From: the human T2T-CHM13v2.0 reference genome, Homo sapiens
Assembly (NCBI RefSeq): GCF_009914755.1
Contig: NC_060932.1
Length of the DNA stretch: 64,000 nt
Strand: one strand, 5' to 3'
Of this stretch, positions 13,130-27,152 are shown one piece after another. The position numbers and the translations under genes were made by a program. The stretch's first letter is position 1. Each line of letters opens with the position of its first letter. The notes beneath the pieces are model-generated. The model saw only the letters and a list, made by a program, of their open reading frames with translations. It searched no databases and was not told the origin of the DNA.

Positions 13130-13810
13130 ATTTCTGCCAGTATTTCCTGAGCACTTAGCTCTGTTTCTAGGATCTATGGTAAAAGCTGACACAGCCAGCT
13201 AAATTAAGACACATTCCTTGCCTCTGAGCAGTTCAGAGTATGTTTAAAAAAAAAAAAAGCCACATAAACAATACCAGCTGATCAACAGGTTGTAGGGTAC
13301 AGAATTAATGCAAAGGGGATGACTGTGGGGACAGGGGAATTAGGAAAGGCTTTGCAGAGGAAATGATACCTCTGCTAGGTTTTGCGGGATGGGCAAGAGT
13401 TTGCCAGGCCAAAAAAATAAAAAATAAAAAGTGAAAGCAGTATTTCAGCCAGAGGAAACCACTGTGCAAAGGGATAAAAATGTGGATAAATTTTTAGGGT
13501 AATCTTCAAACAATCTTATACTATATATAGGAGAAAGAATAAAAAATAAAGCTGGGAAGGCAGGCCTGAGCCATTATCTCAAAGGGCCACAGGCCAGGGA
13601 AACTTAGACTTTACTGAACTGGCAAGAAGGTGTCAGACAAGGGTTTAGTTGAAGAGTGACACTCAAACTTCTGCTGTAAGACATTACCTAGGAACAGAGG
13701 ATGGACTAAAAAGGAAAAGACTTGGATGAGGAAACCCAGTAAGAGGCCACTGCAGTAATTCATGCACAAGATGATAATGAAAGCCTGGAGTTAGGAAATG
13801 TGAATAGGCA
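13130..13810 (-). mobile_element. Degenerate L2 fragment
   Basis: Purine-rich L2-like motifs (ggaaaggctttgcagagga, cagccagaggaaaccactgtgcaaagg, ccagtaagaggccactgcagtaat). Confidence 0.55.
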
Positions 13811-14984
13811 GTTAGCATGAAAACTGGAATATAAGCAAGAACTGTATGTGTTACCTTTAAAAGGGGCTCATGGAAAAGTGCATCAACAAGAAAACATCAA
13901 AATTCCAGGAAGAATTTTAGGCCAGATACAGTACTAAAGGAATATTGCAAAACAAATTCAATTATTAAGAATCAACAAAGTTTACACATTCACAAAAATG
14001 ACTAAAAATCTCCATCTTACTTGCTGAAACTTTTGGAGCTTCAGCAAAAGAAAAGCAAATCACAAATTGATGGCACTAAATTCACAAATCAACAGTGTAA
14101 TCTCCAAATTTTTAAATAACTGCTACAATTTATGATTACATTGTTTCATTACTGTATCACATAAAGACAAAAGTAGGAATTCACAAAAAATTGATTTGTC
14201 TGTTTGTGCTTTATGAAGGGTCAGGAAACATTTGTTTAATTTGGGGCATTTTTATAGGATTTTAAAACTGCATCATTTCCAATGCTGCTTTCATTTCTGA
14301 AATAATTTTCAAATCTATGGTAAACCATCTAAATTTAAAGAAAAAAAATCTCTAACAATGAGGGTTGCTAAGTTATTTGTGTACTCCATGATTCCTTTTA
14401 AAGATACTTAGAAACAGCATCATGAAAGCAATCATTCATTTAAATAAGCAACCTGAAATGTCCAAGATACCCATCTAGAATGAATCAGTTCTGACTACTG
14501 TCAGCATATCCTTAATGACACAAGCTAAGAATATTTGTAAAAAAATAAAGTACTTTAGAAGGTCCCGGCCTTCTAAATATTGACCACAGCTTAAGTTCAA
14601 AACAATAAAGTGTTACTACCAATGCAAAGAAACAATCTGAAGATAAAAATCATATTGAACAGTCCAATTTAACTCATAATTTCCTTCACTTATGTAAGAT
14701 ACATTATTGGGGAAAATTGTAGAAACATACCTGAATTCTAAGGGAAACATTCCAAAAATTTTGCAACAAGCCACTACTGACAAGCTTACCACAAGCTAGA
14801 CAGTAGTGAAATACCTTCTACAGAATATGCAATATGCTTGAAACACAGAATGTTGTCTTATCTCTCTGGTATTCAGACCTTAGATAAGGGCTGTGAAATG
14901 GCTAGCTCTATAGGACAATTTCAGCATACAAATGTTCTGACATATACAGGGCTTTAAAAGAATCTAGAAATTTTACATAAAAAA

Positions 14985-16065
14985 TGGGAACAGCCAAAAT
15001 CCCTATTGACAGTAGAATGAAAAAATAAAATGTGATATATTCATAACAAAGGATATAGCAATGAAAAATGAACTACAGAAAATGAACCCACAAACAATGC
15101 TGAGTAAAAGAAGCAAGACATAAAAGATATACTGTCATTACATTTATAAAGTTTAAAAACCAACAAAATTAAATTCATAATGCATGTAAACACTGCTGCA
15201 AGAACTACAGAAAACTGAGTTTCATGAAAGTCAATATACTGGCTACCTGAAAATAAGGGGGAGCAACAGGAACACTCAGGGAGAATCCATGGTGCTACCT
15301 ATGTTCTATTTCTTGACCAAAGTAATGGTTACATAGATATTTGCTTCATAATTATTAATTAAGTTGTGCATCTGTTTGATGCACTTCTCTTGTAAATATC
15401 TTTTGCAACAAAAAGTTTTTAAATAGAATACGAGAAGTAATAAAAACTAATGGGTAGTATCTTGATTTAAAAAATAATAGAAACGTGTAAATGGTGCAAC
15501 TGCTTTGGAAAACAGCTTCGCACTTCCTAAAGGGATTGTATGTAGAGTTACCATATGACCCAGCAATTCCCTCCTAGGAATATACCCGAGAGAAATGAAA
15601 GCAATGTCCACACAATTTTGTACACACAGATTTACAGCAGCATTATTCATAATAGGCAAATGTTCAGATGAATAACAAAAACGTATTACTTACATACATT
15701 TAATGGAATACTACTCAGCAATAACAAGGAACGAAGTTCTGATGTATGCTGCACTATGAATGAACCTTGAAAAGATCATTTTAGTGAAATAAGTCAGAGA
15801 CAAAAGGACAAATATTGTATAATTCCACTTACATGAGTTATCTAGAAAGGGCAAACTCATAAAGACAGAATGTAGATTTGAGGATACCAGAGACTGGGAA
15901 GGAAGGGTGATGGGGTTTCTCTTTAAGCTGCTGAAAATACTCTAGAATTGACGCTAGCGATGGATGCACTTATCTGTGAATATACTAAAAGCTACAGAAT
16001 TGTACACTTTAAACGGGTGAACTATAGAGTATAATAATTACACCTCAATAAAACTGTCAAAAAAT
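14985..16065 (+). mobile_element. Old L1M (L1MB/L1ME) 3'-end fragments, probably two adjacent pieces
   Basis: agttaccatatgacccagcaattccctcctagg...tgaaccttgaaaag...tgtacactttaaacgggtgaact...ctcaataaa. Confidence 0.8.
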
Positions 16066-17036
16066 AATGTGTAAAATATTTCAATACAAGTGAGGGTAAT
16101 GTTTTACCCCCAACTGTTTAGAAATAATAATGCAGATTCAAATTATATATTTTAATAACTATAGATTTCTGAATTAAGTATATAAAAAGCATCCATGAGC
16201 AGAATGCAGAAACAGGTTTCATTCTTTTCATCTAACAATTAATTACAATTGACTATTTTTAAGAACCAAGAAAAACTAAAGCCAAAGAAAATAAGTGTAA
16301 TATAAAAGAGCTCAGTAATATGGGTTGTATACAAGTTCATTAATCAAAGTACTAAAACCAATGCATTGCTATTACAAAATCATCAAGAACGCTGGAAACC
16401 ATGTTTATATTTATTAAAAACTCAAATGTAGTCAGAGGCTCTATCACATTGAAAGGTCAGATTTCCTGAATTTTAGTTAACTAGTATGAGTAAAATGAAT
16501 GGCACAATAGGAAAAGTATATATCATATGAACACAACCCAAAAGATGCAAGAGGTTTGAGAGCTGGTGGCTTGATAATGCCATATCTACCCCTCCCATAT
16601 ATAATAACATATTCGTATCTATAATAATCCCTATCAGTTTAATACCTGCTTAAAATAATTTCCACATTTAGAATTATTTCTAAAAGTCAGTCATATCTGT
16701 TTTTTCAGAGGATACCACGTCTCAGGTCCTTCTCCATACTGGCTCTCCGCTCATTCTTTTCTGTTTCCTACTATTCTACTATTTTGTGTTAAGTGAAAGC
16801 AAAGAGCTAGCATAGATCTCAGAGATGACAAACCTCTGATGGACCACACAGCAGAAACTACTAGAGTCACATGCTCTATTACAGAAAATACAGCAATATA
16901 AAACTATCAGATTGAAGGGCTAATACAATTCAAAAGAAAAACAGGTCCTCTCTTCCTTTACCCCTCAACCCCACCAGTAATAATGGTTATTGGAAATAAA
17001 CTAGAAAAAAAAAACCCATAAAGTTTGAAAAGAATG

Positions 17037-17173
17037 GGCTGGACAGAGCGGCTCACACTTGTAATCCCAGCACTTTGGCAGGCTGAGGAAGGAGGACTGC
17101 TTGAGCCCAGGAGATCATGACCAGCTGGGGCAACACAGTGAGACCTCATCTCTAAATAAACAAAACAAAACAA
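17037..17173 (+). mobile_element. FLAM / Alu monomer
   Basis: Single Alu arm with gcttgagcccaggag, A-rich tail, TSD-like tttgaaaagaa on both sides. Confidence 0.85.
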
Positions 17174-18216
17174 TTTGAAAAGAAGTTCTAACTGAGCTAA
17201 GGCACTTACTGAAAAGGCTGTAATAGCAGACATTTAAGCCTAGGAAAAGGGGCACAGAATGTACTAATCCTTGTAGACTGCTATAACATTACTTTGATCC
17301 TAACTGCCACTTCCAGGTGTGATTGACATTAGGATCTAATTATAATGTATTTTTCTTATAATTCTCAGTATGTAGAAGAAAAAATGCTTACTATAATCAC
17401 ACACAGCAAATATTCAAAGATTATCTCTGCTCTCTGCACTCATTTTAAATAAAAAGTAAAAACAGGTAGAAAATACTTTTCCTCTGTTAAATTAAGCAAA
17501 TGAATCAGAAACCCATTATTCTCAACACATTAAAGGCTCTGATAAGCAAAATGAAAATGTATCATGGCTAAGTCCATACTAATTTTCACCAAAATCAGTG
17601 ATACTGCTCTGTCTCTGGGAATACATTCAACCCTAATGCTTACTGTTCAGTCAACTCTGTTGCCCCTCAGTATTCTTAGATCAAAGGGGCATTTTATAAC
17701 CCTAGCTCAAACACAGTTTACTACGTTACTAAGTTTGATGGCAACTCCCAATGAGAGCAAACATTGGTTAAACTACTTAGTTAGGAAATGTAAAAACAAC
17801 TTTAATTTACCATTCATAAATAACAATCCATTTGCAGACTGCATCCACAAGAAACACACATATACCACACTTTGAAAGAAATGTTGCCAGCAGTACTAAC
17901 AGCTGACTGCAGTTCAAGACCAAATGCCACCTTTTGGTTTTGACTCACTCCCCAAGCTCCTACAAACCTGGGGGAAGAGGAGTGGGGGGAGGTGCTGGGT
18001 ATTACTCTGTCTAAAAAGCCCCAAGACATCCCAAATATATGGACTCTCAAGTGTTGTTTCCTTTGGTCAGTTAATATGTACTACATAATCCCCATGCATT
18101 TTCTGCCTGACATACCATGTTCTTCAGTCATCTAAATTTTGCCTCAAAATACCACCAACAGGAAGCTCTATTTTAATAGGAAAAAAAAAAAAGCCTATAA
18201 AAGAAATGCCCTTTTA

Positions 18217-18510
18217 GGCCAGGCACAATGGTTCACACCTGTAATCCCAGCACTTTAGAAGGACAAGGCAGGAGGATCACTTTAGGCCAGGAGTTCGAGA
18301 CCAGCCTGGACAACATGGCGAAAGCCCGTCTCTACTAAAAATACAAAAATTAGCTGGGTGTAGTTGTGCACGCTTGTAATTCCAGCTACCTGGGAGGCTG
18401 AAGCAGAATTGCTTGAACCCAGGAGGCGGAGGATGCAGCAAGCAGAGATCACGCCACTGCACTGCAGCCTGGGTGACAGAGAAAGACTGTCTCAAAAAAA
18501 AAAAAAAAAA
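18217..18510 (+). mobile_element. Alu (AluJ/S)
   Basis: Dimeric Alu with poly(A). Confidence 0.93.
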
Positions 18511-20312
18511 GAGGAGGTACAACATTTAAAGTTTCTATTTTGAATGTTAAGGTTTTCTGGGTTAGACACAATTACCTTTTATGTTATTCCTCCTGGAACA
18601 GAAGTTTTCTGATAGCTTGTGCAAACACTAATACAAACTTCCCTCTTCCCAAATGCTCACTGTTTCACATTGTTGTCAGTTTAAGTAGTACAGCTTTCTA
18701 GATTACCAATCTCCCAAGAAATCCTTCCTAGGATCCCACTCTGGCACTACCTTCTTTTACTTATTGGACTGAACTAAATCTAACAGACTACAGGGGTAAG
18801 CATAGACAGATACACATGCAACTCTGCAGGCACTCTGAAAGACTCCCTAACTCCAATAATTCCACAATTTCAATAATATGAAATAACCCAGAAGAAACTG
18901 GGAGAAAAGAACCATTACCATTCACTTTATAAAGACCTTCCCAAGATTCCTCTCAATAGAAAATTCTCAGCACATTTAAAAGATTATATATTTACAAAAA
19001 TACAAGCTACATATTTTTCTAGGGCCTTGATTATATTAAAAAAAAGCATCAATATGATAAAGACCAATTAAATCTTCTAATTTAGAGAAAAGACCACCTA
19101 GCTTATTAACTCTGAATAAAGGTAAATATTGTTTTAAAATCTAACCTAACTGGAACTTGAGCAAAACATTTAGAGAGTGCTTTCATACGATAAATGACTG
19201 AGACTTACTTAATTAAGACAGGATTTCACAGCACAATTAAAGAACACTCAGGAAAAGTACAGTTTGTCCTACAGAAAACAAACCCCTTTCCTTCCACTCA
19301 GATTATATTTTCACTTTATATTGTGGCACTCAGACATTTATTTTAAAAGACTGTATTCGTAATGTTTAATGAGTTTATTCTCCAAACTAAAATATTAAAA
19401 TAGTAGTTTAATATCAAATTTGAGACACTAAGAAAACAACAAGCCTTCAGCTGGTTTTCACAATCTGTTGAGAAGCTATTTTCTTAATAAGCCCCAAGTT
19501 CTTCTAACTGGCACAAAGCTTAATTTTATCTTTGTATCAATATAAATTAATTTTATCTTTGTATCAATACCATACTTCCTGATCTTTCCACTTGGGAATA
19601 AAATGGAATTAATTTATATATGCCAAAGTAACTTACTTTGTAGAGAAGATTTTTTATAACCCAAATCTTTAAATACTCAAAGTTCATATCCTGAAAAGCA
19701 TATAATTAAATAAAAATGTTATCCTTCCTGAACCCTAAGTAAGTTTTTCCCTTTCAGTGACAATAAGGCAGGAATATATTTGGAAGTCAAAGTACTAAAT
19801 TTAGTTATGTTAAATAATCAAATAGACCTAAAGTATAACTGAAATATAAAGAACATTCAATTTTTAGGAAACTACATTCTTAATTTTATAACTAAGTATC
19901 ATTTGACATCAGAAAATTTTAGCAACTGCTTGTTAGCTCAACAGAGTGAGCTCCTTAAGAGTGAGGAGTGCTACTCTTCAGGGCAATTTTTTTTTCCAGA
20001 AATAAAGTTTCAATCACTTTTAAAATGGCACCACCTACGTGGTAACAAATAGAGAAACACACTGCTGCATTGATAAGTAGAAGTTAAATGTTGAACTGGG
20101 TGGCATGCTAAGCTAATTTCACCAAATGATTATATATTCTGTCACCATGCTGGAAGTAAGAATGATAAATCTGTTAATGTCAACAGTCCACTGTGGCACT
20201 TTAAATGGAAACCTATGTTTCAAAATTCAGTACAGACTGAAAACTAGGTCTCCCTCCCACTGGTATCTCTCTCATACAGAGGTAACCACTCTTTCCAGTT
20301 TATGTACATTTC

Positions 20313-20593
20313 TTTTTTTTTTTAAGAGACAGGGTCTTGCTCTGTCTCCCAGGCTGGAATACAGTGACATGGTCATAGCTCACTGCAGCTCTGAATTCCT
20401 TAAGGGATCCTCCCGCCTCAGCCTCCCAAAGAGCTGGGACTACAGGAGTGCACCACCACGTGGCTATTTTGTGTAGAGTCGGGGTCACTCTGTGTTACCC
20501 AGGCCGGCCTTGAGCTTTTGGCCTCAAGAGATCCTTCTGCCTTGGTCTCCCCCAAAGTGCTAGGATGACAGGCATGAGCTGTCACACCTGGCC
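20313..20593 (-). mobile_element. Alu (AluJ-like)
   Basis: Poly(T), gagacagggtcttgctctg...catagctcactgcagc...cctggcc. Confidence 0.9.
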
Positions 20594-20599
20594 AGATGT

Positions 20600-21380
20600 A
20601 TCATATTTCAATCATTCTCCTACTGGTGAGCGTTAAGATTTTTTCAATCTTCTGATATTAAACATTCCTATAATACTCTTGTATGTATATCACTTTACAT
20701 ATGTATATGAATATGAGTAAGTCAAATTCCTTTCAGAGAAACTGCAAGGTCAAGAATTATGAGCAAACCTTTTTTTTTTTTTTACATTGCCAAACTTCTC
20801 TTCACATAGTTTGTACCAATTTAAACTCCCATCAGCAATCAGCAGTACATGAGTGTGTCTTGTTTCCCTCCAGTGTCTGTCAAATTCATCATGCTATAAA
20901 ACTTTTAATCTTTGCAAATCTAAAGTGTGAAATGTCATGTTTTGTTATAATTTGAAATTGCATTTCTTTCATTATGAATAAGGTTGGGCATCATTTTACA
21001 CATGTAAGTGCCATTTGTATCTTTTCTTGTGAACTGTCTAAACCATCTTTGGCCTGCTGTGGCCACTGGTCTGTTTGTTTGTTTTCCTTCTCAATTTGAT
21101 TAGTAAAAAAATCATTCATATATTAAAAATTTAGCCTTTTGCCAGTGCTAAATTGCGATAATTCTCTTTCATTTTGCCATACAGATTTGTTTTACTTTTA
21201 TTTGTTTTAGGTATAGACCATTTATTTTGTGCCTTCTGGGTTCTGTGTCATACATAGAAAGGTCATATCTAGTCTCACACTGCAGTGAAATCATTCATGT
21301 TTTCCTTTAACTGTTTCACAATTTTTTTGTTTTATGTTGAAATGTCTGACCTACATGTAAATTATTTTTGAAAAGATCTA
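20600..21380 (-). mobile_element. Old L1ME fragment
   Basis: ttgtaccaatttaaactcccatcagca...gccatttgtatcttttcttgtgaactgtc reversed L1 motifs. Confidence 0.65.
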
Positions 21381-21692
21381 TAACTTCTACCAAAAGAAGT
21401 TTTCTTAACACTAAATTATCTTCAGGAGAGATGGAGATACATACTACAGGAGATGAAGACATATACTAGCAAGGCAGATAGTGTAATCCCTTAAAGAAGG
21501 AAGAATGAGACAGAACTGACTTGTATAGCTGTATTCCAACATAGTAACAGAGAATAAGAAAATAAAAATGTATCTCCATACTTCCTCTGTTTATCCCATG
21601 GTCCTGCCCGCTGTCTTTAAAAAGAAAGTGAAACAAAGCAGCAGCAACAAAATGATGTAGTGCAAAAAAAACTAAGGTAAACTTCCTAATTC

Positions 21693-21994
21693 TTTTTTTT
21701 TTTTTTTTTTTGAGACAGAGTCTCACCCTGTCGCCCAGGCTGGAGTGTGGTGGAGCAATCTAGGCTCACTACAACCTCCACCACCATGTTCAACCAATTC
21801 TCGTGCCTCAGCCACCCAAGTAGCTGGGTTTACAGGCATGCCCCATCACGCCCGGCTAATTTTTGTATTTCTTAGTAGAGATGGGGTTTCACCATGTTGG
21901 CCAGGCTAGTCTCGAACTCCTGGATCTCCTGGCCTCAAAGGATCCGCCCACCTTGGCCTCCCAAAGTGCTGGGATTGCAGAGCCACCACGCCCA
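21693..21994 (-). mobile_element. Alu (AluS/J)
   Basis: Poly(T) followed by the antisense Alu consensus. Confidence 0.93.
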
Positions 21995-22399
21995 CTGCTC
22001 CTGAATTCTTATGCATAACTTGGCACACAGGTACATTTTTTTCTGAAGAAAAGGTCTACAGCTTGGTGGGAGAAGAAAATGCAATGGCTCAGAGCAGTGT
22101 TGCAGCCCAACCAGGTAAGTAGGGTATCAAAGTAGGAGGCCTGTCCACTTTACAGTGTCAGAGACTAGACCATGCAAGAAAGGAATACTCATAAGATAGT
22201 GGTTGTCATGGGGATTCAGAGACTCAGTAAAGTGAGGAAGGTATTGGGGATAGGAGGAGGAATAGCACAAGGAGTCAGCATCTGAGCAGGGTAAGGAAGG
22301 CAGGGCAACCCATGCATGAGGCCTGGCATGGGTCTTCAAAGCCCAAGTGGGATGGTATGTGGAGTCAGAGACTGAGCAAGGTGGGGAGGGCATCTGAAC

Positions 22400-23100
22400 A
22401 GGAAAAGGCTTGGGAGCAGAAATAAATTAGTTACATAAAAAGGAAATTAACCAAATAAATAAATGTATTAAGAATAATATGAACAAGTGTTTCACTATCA
22501 GAGAAGGGAATTACAAATATGAAAAGGGAGAAAAGTAGAATAAACTCAGTTGTAATGAACTGGAGTTGGAGCTATCAGTGTAAACTCATGGTTTTCAATA
22601 TAAATAAATACAGAAATACAGATGTAAATGTGTTTATCTGTGTGTTATTTGTATATTCAAATACATGCTCAGTCAGCTCAAAAGCCCTTCAAGTAGTAAT
22701 ATCCCAAGAGCAATGAGCATGCTCAGGGTGTTCTTGGCATCTAAATACCATTCTTCTCTTGGACGATCTAGGGCTCCTTAGAAATGACTGAATCCAGAGA
22801 TGGGACAGGGAAGGTACAAAATGAGCCTGGAACATTACATTATGCCAAAGAGTGAGAAATGCTCAAATAATTGATGGAAACATTGCAAAAGGGCACAAGC
22901 TACCTTGAATGGGATTCCACTGATCAAACTGGGGATAAACTGAAAATTAAATAATGACAGTAACTTGTTAATAGCCCACTGAATAAAACAGGAAACCATA
23001 AGTTTATACAGCTACATGACTAAATTGAAAATTATATAGATACATGACTAAATTGAAAATTTCTTAAAAGAGAATAGTTACAAAGTTCCCCATAAAATAC
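22400..23100 (+). mobile_element. Old L1MC/MD 3'UTR-like fragment
   Basis: cagagaagggaattacaaatatgaaaagggaga...ctagggctccttagaaatg...ggtacaaaatgagcctggaaca motifs. Confidence 0.55.
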
Positions 23101-25490
23101 TTGGGAATGGTTCTTTCCTGAGACTATTTAAAGTTTACTAGCTCTATAATACAACTAATAATTAGGAATAATGATTGAGGTTTGAAAGAAGATAGGCATA
23201 CTTCATGACTGCATCAAGGATCAGATTCCAATGCACTAAACATACTGTTTTTGAAATAATTTATTTCTGCCTAAAATACAGAGTTCAATGACTAAGGCTT
23301 CAGAATACTTACAAAATAGTGGGGGTTTTTTTTTGTTGTTGTTAGCATGATATTGAATCTCTACTGAGTACTCATTTATTTATTCCCTGTATCATGCTTA
23401 GTCTTCTCGAGGAATAAAATCTAAATAATTTGTAAGGGCAAAATGATAAAGTACAAGTTTGACTACAAAACATATGAGGCAGAACAGCCCTGCACACACA
23501 AAAAAGTCAAAAGCACAGGTGACAAAACTTTTGTAAAAGAAAACACAAAACCAACAGTTAAGGCAGAACATGTACACAAACAAAAAAAGCTAGGACACCA
23601 ACCCTCTCCATATTACATGTTAATACAATTAGGGCACAGAGATAACAGTAGTCTCACTGTGGACAGCCCTGGCTCACCTCTCCAGCTGGGATCTCTCTCC
23701 TGAGAGGCCTCCATCACCACCCAGCTGTCCCTGGTGAATCTCACTCTCTTAGTGTCCAACCAAATTCTGCTTCCCTTCCCTCCCAAACCTGTGCCTCTTC
23801 TCCTGTGTGTGCTTGTCCCTTTTTCCAGGGGTTGACAGATCACCCCAAAGGAAATACTGGGCCTAGATGAAATCAGAAGAAACAAAAAAAGAATAGATTT
23901 TTAGGGGTTTTCTTAAAGTGTAAAAAGAAAAAAATTGCATGCCTGCTTGCAAACATATGGGATACTGAAGAACTATTGCTGCTTTCACCAACCCAATTGC
24001 TGGTCAGTGTCAGGTGCTGACAAACTTGCTTGCTTTCCTCCACTGTTTTACTACCTACATCTTCTTAATGACTGGGAACAAAGAAGTCCAGTCCTTTCAC
24101 CAGTCAGCTTTTGAATTACACTGAAATTGTAGGGATGACCACAACCTACTCTGTACTCAAGCCGCTATCCCTATATTCCTTAAAGCCACTATAAAGAGGT
24201 GAGATTCCCACTGCATTATGTTACAAATTTATGTTTACCCCCCTTACCAGAAACCTCTAGCTGAGCTTGTCCTCTTCACACTGAGTAATGGTTTATGTTT
24301 CTTCCCTGAGGGCCTAAACTTTTATTTGTTCTTATTAAATATTATTCTCTTTTAAAAGCTTCTAAATTTCAACTGGCCCTGATTACTTTGAATTATGCAA
24401 TGCAAATTAGTCTACTGAATAAAGATTGGTCTTGAAATTTGATGAGCATCTCAATTGATTAAGTTAAATTATGCTTTAGTGGGGGGCATACCCTATATAC
24501 TTCAAATACTTCCAGACACACAATGAACTAATAATTGTACCAAGACTTTTGTGAAAAATAACAATATCTACTACACATTAAGTGCTTACTAAAAGGCAGG
24601 CACTGCCTTAATGTATTCTATGCATTCCTTCTTAAACTTCAGAACAACTCTTAAGGGTAGGCAGAATTATCATGCTCAGGATCAGACTGGATTCAAATGC
24701 ACCAAGTCTGTTTAACTCCAGAGACTATGTCTTGATCATTATACCCGAGGGCCATTATCATGGCTACTAGGTAGCTACAATTTCACAGGCAAAGTAATTA
24801 TAAAAGCAGTTTTTTTTTTAACCATGGCTTTAACAAGTTGATCAATATGATGTAAAATAAATTTCACAAGATGGAATACTCAAAGAAGTAAACCATACAC
24901 ATTTCATTCAAAAGGGGCATAAGGTACAATTTTCCAGATACTCATGAGCCTGGCCCACAAGTCATGAGTGACAAGTTAGATGTCACTCATGAATGAAAAT
25001 TACCCCTCTCCTCAGTAGACACCACATTCTCCTATCTACCCCATCTTCATTCCCGCCACCACTAACTAGTCTTCTTGCATTCAACTATTATTTTTTTCTT
25101 AAAACAGATCTAAATAATGTCATGATACTTACAAAAAGCCTTCATGGTTGCCCACTATCAATAGTATAAAAGCCAAACTCCTGACCAAAATGATCACAAT
25201 TAATACATGTTATGCTGTAGATATCAATTGTCTCTGTTTTACAGATGAGGAAACTGAAGCTGAAAGACTAAATTTTAATATAACCTGCATCTCTCGGCAT
25301 CCTTGCCCATGCCATAGCCTCTATTTCAAAACCTCTTGCCACTACCAATCTCTTTCTGCAACTTAATGTTGCCAACTACCAACTTTCATTGTTTAAGATG
25401 ATTTTTTTTTCTACTGAGACATAAATCACTGTATACCAATGGCTCATTAGAGCAAGAAACAGAGGTGGAGCTGTTAAAAATTTATATATA

Positions 25491-25774
25491 GGCAGAGTGC
25501 AGTGGCTGACATCTGTAGTCCCAGCACTTTGGGAGGCCAAGACAGGCAGATCTTTGAGCTCAGGAGTTTGAGACCAGCTTGGGCAACATGGCAAATCCCC
25601 GTCTCTACAAAAAAAATACAAAAATTAGCTGGGCGTAGTGGCATGTGCCTGCAGTCCCAGCTACTCTGAAGGCTGAGGTGGGAGAATGGCTTGAGCCCGG
25701 GAGGCGGAGGTTGCAGCATGCTGAGACCATGCCCCAGCAACAGAGCTGGAACCTGTCTCAAAAAAAAAAAAAAA
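25491..25774 (+). mobile_element. Alu (AluJ-like)
   Basis: ttgagctcaggagtttgagaccagc, gcttgagcccgggagg, poly(A). Confidence 0.9.
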
Positions 25775-26034
25775 TTGAATACACACATACCCACATATTT
25801 ACTTGGGTGTACATGCCTAAATCCACTGAGTTATATATAGGTCCACCATTCTTAAACTACTCAACTGTATCATATGAATTACAAAAAAATACTGATATCA
25901 TGACATACACTTCAATTTTCATCCATTTCAGAGTTCAATTTCCCAACAACTTTTGTCAAATTTTAGACATTTGACTCTAAATTCAACAAACTTTTTCTTT
26001 AAATCTTGCTAAAACAGGTAATCTACATGAACAC

Positions 26035-26345
26035 TGATGCATGCCATTATCCTAAGCAAATTAACCTAGGGACAGAAAAACAAATACTGCATGTTCTCAC
26101 TTGTAAGTGGGAGCTAAAAAATGGGTACTTATGGACATAAAGATGAGAATAGAAGACACTAGGAACTACTAGAGTGGGTAGGGAGGGAGGGGTACAAGAG
26201 TTGAAAAACCATTGGGTACTATGCCAGCTACATGGGTAGCAGGATCATCTGTATCCCAAACCTTGGCATCATGCAATATACTCACGTGGCAAATCTGTAC
26301 ATTTACCCTGTGAATCTAGAAATTGAAATTATAAAAATAAATACA
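26035..26345 (+). mobile_element. L1 3' end (L1PB/L1MA-like)
   Basis: aaatactgcatgttctcacttgtaagtgggagctaaa...catcatgcaatatactcacgt...A-rich tail. Confidence 0.85.
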
Positions 26346-26427
26346 TATAAATGAATGCATAGGCGCCCTAATTATTCTCTTCTAAAGGTGAGGGTCTTAA
26401 TGGCAAATGACAGTGCAGGATTTTTGG

Positions 26428-26729
<302 letters not shown>

Positions 26730-26938
26730 GTAGGTTTTTTATTTTTATTTTTTAATGGAAACAATAAAATAGAAGACAGTATTTTTAACAGTGCCAAGTT
26801 GCCACTTAGAAGTCTGGCACTGGAGCAAGAGCTCCCTAAATTAATTGCCTAGGGAAAAATGGAGGTAGAGAAAACTCAACCTTCTTGGGATGGTGGCAAT
26901 AGCAGCTGAAACAAAATATTAAAATCCATCTCCTAAAG

Positions 26939-27152
26939 CAAGTTTGTACAACCTGCGGCCCAGGACAGCTTTGAATGCAGCCAAACACAAATTCGTAAAC
27001 TTTCTTCAAACATTATAAGATTTTTTTCTTTTCTTTTCTTTTTTTTTTAAGCTCATCAACTACCACTAGTGTTAGTGTATTTTATGTGTGTCCCAAGACA
27101 ATTCTTCTTCTTCCAGTGTGGCCTAGGGGAGCCAAAAGATGGAACGTCTCTG
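26939..27152 (-). mobile_element. MER30 hAT DNA transposon
   Basis: gcggcccaggacagctttgaatgc...cccaagacaattcttcttcttccagtgtgg; perfect 8-bp TSD tcctaaag at 26931-26938 and 27153-27160. Confidence 0.88.

Noticed and set aside
19520-19569. 23-bp tandem-like duplication (similar ones at 23013-23061 and ~39290-39330)
   Set aside because: Ordinary short slippage duplications with no further structure.
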